Positions 1-10,744 of a DNA stretch of 47,100 nt are shown here, piece after piece. Under the pieces are notes generated by a model. It saw nothing but the letters and a program-made list of their open reading frames with translations, did no database searches and was not told where the DNA came from. Both the position numbers and the translations under genes were made by a program. This DNA is from Nemertoderma westbladi (taxonomy: Eukaryota; Animalia; Xenacoelomorpha): positions 1 through 47,100 of the forward strand of contig JAUCBJ010006282.1 of the NCBI GenBank assembly GCA_032718475.1, read 5' to 3'. Position 1 is the stretch's first letter, and every line of letters begins with the position of its first letter.

Positions 1-106
1 AGTATTATTAAATATTGTGTTTACTTAGGCCTGTATTTGTTGTACCGTTATTCCAGTATTAGATTAGGCAGTTGTTTTACTTTTTCTTTAACTTTTTCAG
101 TTGCAT

Positions 107-153
107 TCTTAAAAATGCAGCTGCAATGCAGCATGCCGATCCTAGTAGTAGTA
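107..153 (+). mobile_element. Extreme 3' tail of an RTE-type LINE (about 50 bp, 5'-truncated copy)
   Basis: CTTAAAAATGCAGCTGCAATGCAGCATGCCGATCCTAGTAGTAGTA is identical or near-identical to the 3' ends at ~12400-12444 and ~15559-15602. Confidence 0.85.
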
Positions 154-157
154 CTTA

Positions 158-200
158 CCCTGAAGATGGCTCAATTTTGAGTTGAAACGTTCGTTCATGT
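158..200 (+). other. Degenerate Penelope-type hammerhead ribozyme-like motif
   Basis: CTGAAGA-TG-GCTCAA-TT-TTGAGT-T-GAAA-CGTTCGTT: core boxes and stem II present, stem I pairing not evident. Confidence 0.5.
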
Positions 201-840
201 CTGTATGTGTTATTATGTATTTGTTATTGTTTAATTTAATATTAATTTGATTTGAAATGAAGTGGAGTGGAGAATTATTTCTTTGGCGATATCGTTCATT
301 GTTATAATTGTTATAAAATAAATGATATTTTATTGCATGTAAAAAGACACGATAGGCTAGAATGTCTGGTATTACAGTAGCATTACATATACTGTAGCTT
401 CTGTTCTGTGGGCAAACTAACTCTTAACTGTCGTCATAAAGCACTACTATATTAAACATTATCCCCCAATGTTGGTGCTTTTTATGATAAACAATCGGCG
501 TTCCTACTGGATTAGTTAAATTTGTGATTTGTAATTGAAAGGATGTGTGTAAGTTAGTTGGTAAATATAAATATTGTGAATATTTGGACATTTATCACAG
601 AACAATGATGATGATGATAGCTTTGCACTAAGGTGTAGTGCCAGCGGACCCAAAAATATAGCGCCCCAGATATCACCTTCAGATATACACTTTTACAGTT
701 CAGTGCAGTTCTCAAGTCCGGTGTGCACTTCAAGTTTGTTCTCAAGTCCACTTCCTCGGAAGTACTGTATTACAATTCGGTCCCGGACAATTCCTGCTGC
801 TGCAGCAGAAGGCTGCCCCAGCGCAAGGTTGCGTACGCGT

Positions 841-1502
841 CAGAGATGGACACGGGCTGGTTTTTCACGGCCCGGGCCCGTTAATTTTCTAAACATTACA
901 GCATAATATAAAATTTTAACTTAGCTGATCAATTTACTTTACTTACACTGATTCAAAATAATCATGCATTATAAAACTCGAAATGTACTGTACACACGTT
1001 GCGTAGGTTTACATTACCAAGTGTTTACATTAAGTTTGTTGTTTAAAATGAAATAATGTGTTTGCCTCATCATTTTAGTTTTGATTGATTTATTTTTCTA
1101 TGATTAAAATTATTTAATAAAAGTGTGAAACTTAAGGTTTTGGTTGTATAAGGTGGATGGTAGATACTGACCTGTAAGATGGTAAGCCTACATATGAGTC
1201 TGTGTACCATAAGGCTCTACTTAAGTAATACTGTATGTATGTGAGTCTGAGTACTGTACGTACCGGTAACAAAAGCAAAGATACATTACAAAGTTAAACA
1301 AATACACAAATAAATAGTGAAACAACCCTAGTTACAGGAAAATTAAATATAGATATTTACTTTAATTTTGTGATAAAAGAGTGTAACAAAAATTTTCATA
1401 TTCTTGTCTTATGTTAACTGGGTAATGTATTTATTCAACAATAGCGGGCTTTCCAATATTTAGAATGCGGCCCAAACCCGGCCCAGCCCGTGTCCATCTC
1501 TT
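841..1502. mobile_element. Non-autonomous hAT-like MITE
   Basis: TIR CAGAGATGGACACGGGCTGG at 841 and CCAGCCCGTGTCCATCTCTT ending 1502; subterminal GGCCCG repeats; flanking 8-mers GTACGCGT/GTACAGGT (6 of 8 match). Confidence 0.78.
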
Positions 1503-1606
1503 GTACAGGTTGATTGATCCTGCAGAAGAAACTGTGCCAGAGCAAGCTTTAGGCAGCAGCTCTGTAGGGTCTGGCATAGGAATGATTGGAACTAGGTTAA
1601 ACTAAA

Positions 1607-2134
1607 CGAACGGATGAAGTGGTAGGCATTCACCAGCGGCAGCATAGTGTAAAGATGATAGAAAAAATAATAAAGTATTGAGGGTCTTTAGCTGGTTATA
1701 TTATATTAGATAAAGATACAATAGTAAACGTTTTCGACCTACCGGTCTGCATCAGACTATGTACTGGCAACTAACAGGAAAAGGTGGGGGTCTATATATA
1801 TATATATAAGTTTTAAAGGGGAATACCTGATAGGTGAATCCCAGAAAGGTTAACGTGTATGTATGTACTGTATAACGTAAGGTAATTGTGATAGGGAAAA
1901 TACACCGAGTTAGTTATAAGCTGTCAATCTAAAGTACAAATATAGGGTTGCAGGTTGGGTTATAAGGTTGGGAGAAGTTGATAGGGAAATCCCAGGAGTG
2001 GTCATGTGTCTACATACTGAATGGTATAATTGGATTAGGTAGGTTACATAGGATTATGAGGTATCTACTTAATCTATATAGTATCTATAAAGCTAAAGAC
2101 CCTCAATACTTTATTATTTTTTCTATCATCTTTA
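1607..2134 (-). mobile_element. Penelope-like element terminal fragment with inverted ends
   Basis: 44-bp inverted repeat (1650-1693 / 2091-2134), flanking direct repeat TAGGTTAAACTAAA (1593-1606, 2133-2146), internal hammerhead-like motif. Confidence 0.65.
1721..1760 (-). ncRNA. Minimal type I hammerhead ribozyme-like motif
   Basis: Minus strand reads AUAGU-CUGAUGCA-GACC-GGUA-GGUC-GAAA-ACGU-UU-ACUAU: stem I (AUAGU/ACUAU), stem II and palindromic stem III (AACGUU). The core deviates from CUGANGA by one base. Confidence 0.65.
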
Positions 2135-2464
2135 GGTTAAACTAAATATTGACGTGTTTTATTTTGGTTCCAGCATGTTACAGGACCTCTATCCACCCTT
2201 TAAGTTTTTACATTTCAAATTTATGTTAAAGCACTGACTGAATTGGTAATATATATACCGGTATCGTAATATATACCAATATTTTCAATTTGGTTTCGAA
2301 ATATTATTTTGAAGTGTTTACATAGTTTGTCGAAAAGTAGGTACTTTGTTTGCTACATCATTTGATTACTACAATAAACCATTGTTATGTCAATGGGAGA
2401 TTATCCGGGTCGGAATTGTTCGGGTCGGAATTGTCCGGATCCAAATAAATATCATTATTCATAA

Positions 2465-2660
2465 AAATAGCACTTTATAGCGTTACGGCACGAGTGATTT
2501 TGTTTCCCGAGAGACAGCGAGGGAAATAATAGAACGATGGCCGTAAAAGCTTTTGTTACATTATGTCAACTTAACAGCGTTCTGATGAATCACTCGTAAC
2601 GCTGCAAAGTACTACTTTGCAGCGTTGCGGCCTATAGGATGGAACGCTGCAAAGTAATCA
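2465..2660. repeat. Small element with internal inverted repeats (possibly Crypton-like non-autonomous)
   Basis: AACGCTGCAAAGTA-C-TACTTTGCAGCGTT palindrome near 2598-2626; CGAGTGATT/AATCACTCG pair. Family assignment is a guess. Confidence 0.4.
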
Positions 2661-3309
2661 ATAACATGAAACCAATTAATAAAATGTATGGCGTAGGGAC
2701 ATACTGAGGAATAATGTCGAACTGCGATATGAACCTGGAAAAGATGTCGCCCGGACAATTTGGTAGTGCGAAATTAATTCCACAGAAATAAATAAAATTT
2801 TAATTGTTAAAATTGCAATAAAATTAAGAAATTGAAATTACCTGTAATCAATCAAGTTATTATTATTATAGATATGACATACAATGTTCTAAAATAAAAA
2901 ATGTACTAGAACAAAAAATATGTGTTTTATAACATTAATATGTTTCTTAATTGATAGCTAATATGTTTTAGGACATTTTAAAAAAAGTAGCAAAAACTAA
3001 CTAGTATTAAAAATCTGGTGGGGGTGTGCCCAAAGCTAACTAGTACTGAATAAACTCAATACGAAAGATATTATGCAACTACAAAATTACGTAGCAAATG
3101 TGTCTAGAACGAAGAATATCCATGGACAGAGCAATCACATATGTTCAATAATAAAACAATGTGATGTTAAAAGTTAATTGATATTTAAATTGTTATTACA
3201 GACTATATTCCTGAAAACATGACAAACTGGGAAATATTTATTCTAGTAGTATTTAATTACATACTAATAGTTTATTTCTACATGCGATTATGAAATTTAC
3301 AACAATTAT

Positions 3310-3487
3310 TTGGGTCGGAATTGTCCAATGCTGGATCCGGAGAATTCTGACCCGTGAAAATTTAATTCGATCTCTGAAGGTGTCGGAATTGTCCAGTTCG
3401 GAATTGTCCGGGTTGGAATTGTCCGGGTCGCAATTTTCCGGGTCGCAATTGTCCGGGTTGGAATTGTCCTGGTCGGAATTGTCCGTA
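3310..3487. repeat. 15-bp tandem repeats (TCCGGGTCGGAATTG)n, MITE subterminal type; related copy at ~2400-2440
   Basis: About 7 tandem units at 3383-3485; the same motif is at 2403-2440. Confidence 0.75.
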
Positions 3488-5066
3488 CTCCTTGTTAAAG
3501 TGGTATGCTATATCTACCAAAACAATAAACTTTGAAGTGATAAGTAAAAAACTTTACTTTGATTATGTAAAACAATAAACGACAGGCAAAAACACAAATT
3601 ATACTCTAATCCTTGGTCGTAATCTGCTGGTATTTGGGTCGATTTTGCACTGGCGACAGATCAGTTGTTGCTTCAAGGATTCCACCCGTTTCTATTGCTA
3701 TGTAAAATATAACCTATTATTTTTTTAATCTAAAATACCAATTTAAAATATTGATAGTTTTACTTAAACAATACTAATATTAAAAAATAGTGATTAGAAT
3801 TCTTCGATCAATCTACAGCGCTATCTGTATAAACACTATACCAAGGCTATCGGAATTAAAACTTGTGCGCATGTCGTTAACAGATTCGTTGACATTTGAC
3901 ATTCATTACTTTTGGCTTGCTTTTTTTCTTAAAAAAAAAGTAGCGCACTTTTCATTCATTCGCTAAAGTATTGATAACAACACTTTGAGGCTAATTTCGA
4001 TTATCCTCGGAGCTTTTAACTACTCTAATACTAAACTGTACTACTACTACTAATACATAATTTTATTTGTAAATTATTGTACATGGCAGATAGTTTCTAA
4101 TATTCCGTGTGGTGGTTGGATTTTAGGTGGAATAATCAAAATGGCTAAAATAATAATTACTCAGATTTTCAATGAGTTCTGACTTTGTCAAAATGAAGCG
4201 GATATTGGATATATTATTATTATAATTACTACAGTTTGCGCCAATTCATCCTGTAATTCCTCGTAATTCGTCTAGTATATATTCGTAATACGCAATGCAC
4301 CCTGTAAACTTTCTGCAGTAAACTACATGTCGATTGTTATCGATTTATACTTCTACTCGGGCCCACCGATACTCAGACACACGATTCGCCGTTATCCATT
4401 CCATTTTTGGTAAATAATTGCCTCGGTGTCTCTAGAGGTCCTCCATTTCGCCTGTAGTGAGTGGGTAAAGAAAAGCCACCTTTTAAAAACTATTAAGTTA
4501 ATACAAATCAGAGGTAGGCGTACAGTAATATTGCATGGAGATACATCTTTATGGAAATGCAGTTCTTCTAACGGTATCATCATGCAAATTGTATTGGATT
4601 GTAATTTAAGTATAGATATATTTCTTAATGCTAATTCTCTTGCTATTGATGTTTAACATCTGGTGCTTTTATAATATGCGGCATTGAAGGCATACTGATA
4701 AATTTATTCAACAATTGCCGTAAATTTTTCAGACATAATATAATAAACCCAGAGAGGTTTAAATATTATGATTTTCTAATTCATAATTGTACAACGATTA
4801 CATATTTTTATATGTTTCTTATGTTTTTCCAACATATGTTTTGTTTTAATAATATATTTATATTTATGAATAATATTATATTTTAATTATATAATAGCTA
4901 ATTTTATTTATAATTTAAAAATCTTACCTTCAAATAATTTCACTCGTTCGAACCAATGTTGAACATGTGGATAGAGAATGTTTGGCAAAGTTAAATTAAA
5001 GGGGAAAAACATCCAAAAGTTATGTCAATTAAAAAAAAATAAAATAATTATATATAATTTGTTGAA

Positions 5067-5255
5067 GGCGAACTAGCTCAGTTGGTTGAGCGTCAGATCT
5101 ACAATCTATTTGGTTGTAGGTTCGGGCCCCTCTAGGATCCACTCAGCCATTCATCCAGGGTCGATAAAATCAGGACCAGTTGAATTACTGGGATCAAAAC
5201 TTGGAATGTAGGGCCCACCTCTACCTTCGGGTAACAGCATCTCGAAATGAGTTTG
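5067..5255 (+). mobile_element. tRNA-derived SINE (copy 1)
   Basis: Box A TAGCTCAGTTGG, box B-like GGTTCGGGCCC, then CCACTCAGCCATTCATCC..GGGTCGATAAAATCAGGACCAG; a homologous copy lies on the - strand ending at 44850. Confidence 0.85.
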
Positions 5256-6789
5256 GTAATATTAAATAAATTTAATAAAAAATAAATGTTTTCTATATGT
5301 TATAAAGTAGAGGAACAAGTTAATATCACGTATAATCAATTTAATATCACAATAGCTGTTTAAGTTATTGTTTTAGCTTTTGCTATATCATATTTATCAT
5401 TCATTATACCATCACAATGAACTCAATATTTCAAGGACTTTTTACATTAACAAACCTTCCTGCTAAAATGGAACTTGACTGCCTTCCAACAGGTTGCCCA
5501 ATCAAATCCACTGTATTTTATTATAATTTGGTCAAATCGACATCAATTATAGTTTTTTTCACTTAGAAAATCGAAGGTAAACGCATCAGGGTGCCATTTT
5601 TTACGAGACGTCTCAGTTTAGATTCCAATTATCACACCCTTGTACTGCCAAACTTGTGTTATATTTGCTAGTGGGTATCCCATAGCTACCAGGTGTTAAC
5701 TCTATGTCCCCAATAATGTTTAAACCAGCATTATTGTTTGTATGTGTAGGTTTTACTAGCTTTACAAACATATAAATATATAATCTTTTATAACCATAGA
5801 CCGGACAGACATATTTACAACCACCACAGTACAGTTTATTTATAAATTAATCACATCTATACAGTACTTATTTTTAAAAAATTTACAACCATATAAGTAT
5901 GTACAACTACATAATGTTAACTACATACTATTTACTACATACATTACATTACTACATACATACTTGTTGACTACATACATGTTAACTACATACTATTTAC
6001 ATTTATGAAATTGTAAAACTTCTTAGGTTGGTTGTTTCACCATAACTGGTGGTTAGTAAATGGTGCGTGTTCGATTTCCATTAACGTTCGAATTTCACTT
6101 TTTTTCTGCAATTGCAAGCATGAATATTAATTATTATAATTGCGTAACAAGTCTCAAGGAAAAATAATAATATATCGGTGGATAAAATGCTTATTAGCGC
6201 GTCTTGGAAAAATTCTAGAACAGGCAAGGGAAAAATATTGTAAAATTGCCTGTTCGACTTGTTGAACATACCAAGATTTATACATAATCTTTAGACCTGT
6301 AAGCGTTATCAGTAGAAATAATACTTTCAGTTTATCGATGTATCGGTAGAGTTGAGCTTTACTGATACCCTTCGTCTGAACGACCTACTGATATAGGCCT
6401 ACACAAATCTGTTTCAGAAGTAAACTAGGGCCGAACTTAGCACTAAGCACAGGTTCATACCAATGTTTGGTTCTAAACTGGGTATTCAATTTCAATCCGG
6501 GATAGGCCCGGGGCTATAATTGCGGAAGTTCACCTTTCGATATCGTTATATATTGCAAAAAACCCAACACCAAAGGTCACCATAAAATGTTTAAGGTTGA
6601 TCAGTATTTATTCATGAATGTGGGTGATATGATAGGCCTAATGATAATATGCCGTAGCCGTGGGGTGTTGGGGTGCAGCCAGTGGTCAGCTGTAGCAAAG
6701 CTAGTATAGATTCCCACTGGTGAATGACTGTGAAAGGTTTAGTGGACTGATCAGGAGAGGGGGGGGGAGGGGGGGGGGTTGTTACTCGA

Positions 6790-8285
6790 TAGATTCGAAA
6801 GGAGATAATTTAGGTGCTCGGAATGTAAAAAGCAGGTTTATGAAATAGTTGCTAGACCTAGTTGTGGGACCCATCAGGAATATACTGCACAGTGCACATT
6901 GGATATATTGGAGATGTTTTATTGTATATAAGTCAAACACAGATAAATACAGTACATGTCTAACTAGAGTATGGACAGTATGCCTCATGTCGCAAAGTGG
7001 ATACTTTATTATTGTGGAATCTTTACCAGCTTCAAGACAAGGCATCGAGAAAATGTTTTTTTAATCTATTTGCTAGGGCATTTTTAGATAGTGAGTTTTT
7101 AAGTTCTAAGGGTAAATCATTCCTAATTTTAGGTCCTGTATATTTTATAGAATTTTGGGAAAGTTGTAAGCGGACACGAGGGACAAAGAACTTTTGTGTA
7201 GAAGCAGAGCGCGTGGAATATTTGTGTATTGTACTTTGGGTGACGGAATATTTTTTGCATGGTTTCAGTTTTCTTTATATTTGTTAATGTCGTACATAAA
7301 TTTAGCTACTTCTAGGTCAAATAATTTTTCTAGTGGGAGGATTTGTAGAGATTTATAAATAGGTGCTACATGCGCTTGGTAATGGCTAAATGTTATTGCT
7401 CTGATTATCTTATTTATTTTTACTTTTATTTTCGATGTGTTATAGTTGTAGCTATTTCCCCACATTAAAATTCCGTACAGTATGTGAGGGTGAACTAGTG
7501 CAAAGTACAGGGTTCTCATAATGTGTAGAGGTAAAATGTGTCGCAATTTAAAGAAAATACCAGATAATTTGGATATTTTAGAGAGTATGTATTCACAATG
7601 AGTCGACCAGTTAATTGTATTATCAATATATATACCTAAGAACTTACTGGCGGTAGCTTCCGTAAGATTAGTGGATCTAATAGTGATGTTGGGTGTTATA
7701 TAGTTCCTAGAGTTGTTAAAGATTATATATTCAGTTTTAAGGTTTAAGGATAATTTATTGTCAATGAGCCAATTGTCTAATTTAGAGAGTGCCGTATTGA
7801 CTGTCGAGATTAGTGTGTCAGTATTGCTATGGCAATAGAGTAAAGTTGTGTCGTCTGCAAAGAGTGTGGTGAAAAGTTTTGTGCAGAGCGGTAAGTCGTT
7901 TATGTACATAAGAAACAAAATGTGACTTAATATAGCCCCCTGTGGGGTACCGCAAGGGGCCAAAGCTGGTTCTGAGGTAATACCATCAATAGAGACAATA
8001 TGAGAGCGGTTATGTAAGAAGCTACCTATAAGTTGCAATGGAAGTCCCCGTATCCCGTAACAATCTAATTTTTTCAGTAGTATGTCATGTGGTAGGGTGT
8101 CGAAGGCTTTATTTAAGTCTACTGCTATTAAACAGGCAGAGCTACCGTTGTCGAGTGTTTCCTGTAGTTGTTCCGTAACAGTAAGAATAGCATCCGTTGT
8201 CGTATGTGTTTACGAAATCCGTGTTGACATGGTGATAACAGGTCGTATTTGTTTAAGAAGCATTTGTCGTATATATTTAGAACTG
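6790..8285 (-). mobile_element. 5'-truncated CR1/L2-group LINE (RT remnant plus 3' UTR)
   Basis: Reads DLNKAFDTLPH, GTPQGAILSHILFLMYINDLP, LFADDTTL, KFLGIYID, LYFALVHPHILYGILMWG; frameshifted at both ends of ORF 7265-8038. Confidence 0.9.
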
Positions 8286-8984
8286 GTACTACAGTACTAC
8301 CCTGAGCTATAGTTAGCTCGGTTCTCGGACGTTCATGAATACGACCCCAGGTTGATATATCCTATATCACCCCTAGGACAGGTGATAGATATTCTCTGAT
8401 TCTTGGATTGATTTAGTCAACCAGTGATTATTTCTCTGAAGTATGCATATATGAAGTATAAAACGACGAGTAGGTAGTATTAAATATCGATCAATTCATC
8501 CTATCTTGCGACTAATCTTTATAAGTCGTAAATAAATCTCACTGATATGCACCATGGCGGGCTTGCTTCTCCACATATGGTAGTATAATCGCTACCGTTC
8601 ATGTCTGCCATTACTGCTAATGTCATGCTAAAGCGCTTGACTTTAATTATGATTTCAGTCGCATCTGTGACCAACATTTTTGAATAACCTGTGTATAATT
8701 TCGTTGAATATATAACTTGAGATCTTGATATAGTATTTCATATATAAATTGTGGAAGTTTTGAGTAATATTAACTGATCGAATGATATAGTTAATTATGT
8801 GTTCTGTTGCGGTAGTTAATGTGTATTTTAAATTTGATAAAAAATTGCTATTATAACTATATTAGATTATTATTATAACTATTATTATATATACTATATC
8901 TATTATAAACAGTATTGCATACATTAGTTGTTGATTGACTGTAAGCGTTGAATGGCTTACTACTAATCTTAGTATTAAAAATTT

Positions 8985-9058
8985 TCTCCCAAAGTAGGAT
9001 TGAACTCGGTACCTAGAGATTCCAAGTCCAACGCTCTACCAACTTCGCACTGCGCCGT
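8985..9058 (-). pseudogene. tRNA-derived sequence (SINE head or tRNA pseudogene; TGG in anticodon-loop position)
   Basis: Minus strand GGCGCAGTGCGAAGTTGGTAGAGCGTTGGACTTGGAATCTCTAGGTACCGAGTTCAATCC has box A/B-like motifs, but the acceptor stem does not pair. Confidence 0.65.
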
Positions 9059-9619
9059 ATGAAGGCTTATACAGTAACTACAACTACTACTACTACTATA
9101 ATCGGACTGCTGCTTTGAATAATAATAATAAAATAAACATTTGTATAGCGCCAACGTTACGGCATAGAATTCTGTGGCGCTAAGCAAACTCTGAGAAGCA
9201 CAGTAGAGAAATTAGCTAAAATATGTTAAAATATACTGTATATATAACAAATTAATTGTTACGACTACTTATTTAAAAGGTAGTGCATTAAAACAAAAAG
9301 ATCGGTTAAAATTAAATATAATGTATGTAAAACCATTGTTACGGCGTACATACTTAAAATGTAGTACAAAATAAAATAAAATCAGTTAAAATAAAATATA
9401 CTGGATATAAACTAATTTTTACAAACGACATAATCTCGGACACAATCCGAGATTTTTTAATGGTGGATCTCAAAGTCAGGGCTCTGACATACCGGTATGA
9501 ACGATGTAGTTCGGTTTATACATTTGTATTAAATATTTTTTTATAGTTTTGTTTTTTAAAATACTTAATATTCACAATTGCTACCTTAACCAAAACTCAG
9601 TCTGAGTCTGCCCTATCCC

Positions 9620-10270
9620 ATAATGCGAGCCCTCATTGTATCTCAGATCCGGGTATTTTATCGGTAATGTCCTGGGTTTCCTGGGTTATCCCCAGATAAA
9701 ATAAATCTAATTAAATTACTACTTCTTGGGTGCGATATATTTGGTTTACAAGAACATTTTGTTCTTAAAGATAATTTATATCGAATTACTAATGCGTTTC
9801 CAGGTTGTGTTTGTTTTACTGAGCCTGCCATATTTCTTAATAACGAGATTCGTACTGGTCGGCCAGTCGGTGGATTGTGTATTTTTCTCAAAAAGAATAT
9901 AGCTAAGTTCGCTTCAATTGTTAAAACTAATAGCTTTAGGTTACAGGCTGTTAATATTACTATACCTAATCATGATCTATTGCTGGTTTTGAATTCGTAT
10001 TTTCCCGTGGAAACAAGAGAGAGCAGTAATATTTCCGACGATTTGTTAAGTGTACTCAGTGAAATTAAAAATATTATACCAAAGATAGTTCCGCGCCCAG
10101 GTCACCGGGGTAAACATCATAGAGTAGTTTTGAATTCGTATTTTCCCGTGGAAACAAGAGAGAGCAGTAATATTTCCGACGATTTGTTAAGTGTACTCAG
10201 TGAAATTAAAAATATTATACCAAAGATAGTTCCGCGCCCAGGTCACCGGGGTAAACATCATAGAGTAGTC
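9620..10270 (+). mobile_element. LINE APE-endonuclease fragment with a 141-bp tandem duplication
   Basis: Frame reads CDIFGLQEHF...GRPVGGLCIF...LLVLNSYFP; 9986-10126 is repeated at 10127-10267. Confidence 0.78.
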
Positions 10271-10289
10271 TAAGCAGGTGGTAGATCAT

Positions 10290-10737
10290 TAGGGTGATCA
10301 AAATGAACAGTTATTGCCAATATTTCAACCCAACATGTATTTAAATACAAATAACAGGCCTTCAACAGGGCATAGCTCGTACATACAACTAACTACTGAA
10401 AACACTAAACACTACTTCCTATCACCACTACTTAAACTATCAGACTAAAGATTGCACATATATTGTACCGGTACTGTTAATTCAGTGGTTCAACATATCT
10501 CAATCACCTACGCGTAGCACAACTATTATTATTAATTGTTAAGTATTGCAGGTTAAAGAAAAAAAAATAGGAATAAATACATAAACAGTATAAATCGGAT
10601 AAAATAGGAAGTAGTGTTTAGTGTTTTCAGTAGTTAGTTGTATGTACGAGCTATGCCCTGTTGAAGGCTTGTTATTTGTATTTAAATACATGTTGGGTTG
10701 AAATATTGGCAATAACTGTTTCATTTTGATCACCCTA
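10290..10737. repeat. ~133-bp inverted repeat pair, Penelope pLTR-like, each arm with a hammerhead-like motif
   Basis: 10290-10422 is the near-perfect reverse complement of 10604-10737; an arm reads TGCC-CTGTTGA-A-GGCTTG..TGGGTT-GAAA-TA-TT-GGCA. Confidence 0.8.
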
Positions 10738-10744
10738 AAGATCC

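Noticed and set aside
3290-3535. 81-aa ORF with ELSGS pentapeptide repeats
   Set aside because: Arises from a 15-bp DNA repeat that also occurs outside any ORF at ~2400.
4320-5760. Coding-like patches at 4320-4680 and 5400-5750
   Set aside because: No frame gave a motif I could confidently recognise; possibly old transposon debris.
8985-9058. Functional tRNA-Pro(TGG); also functional tRNAs at 5067 and 44850
   Set aside because: Acceptor and anticodon stems do not pair properly; the latter two continue into SINE body sequence.
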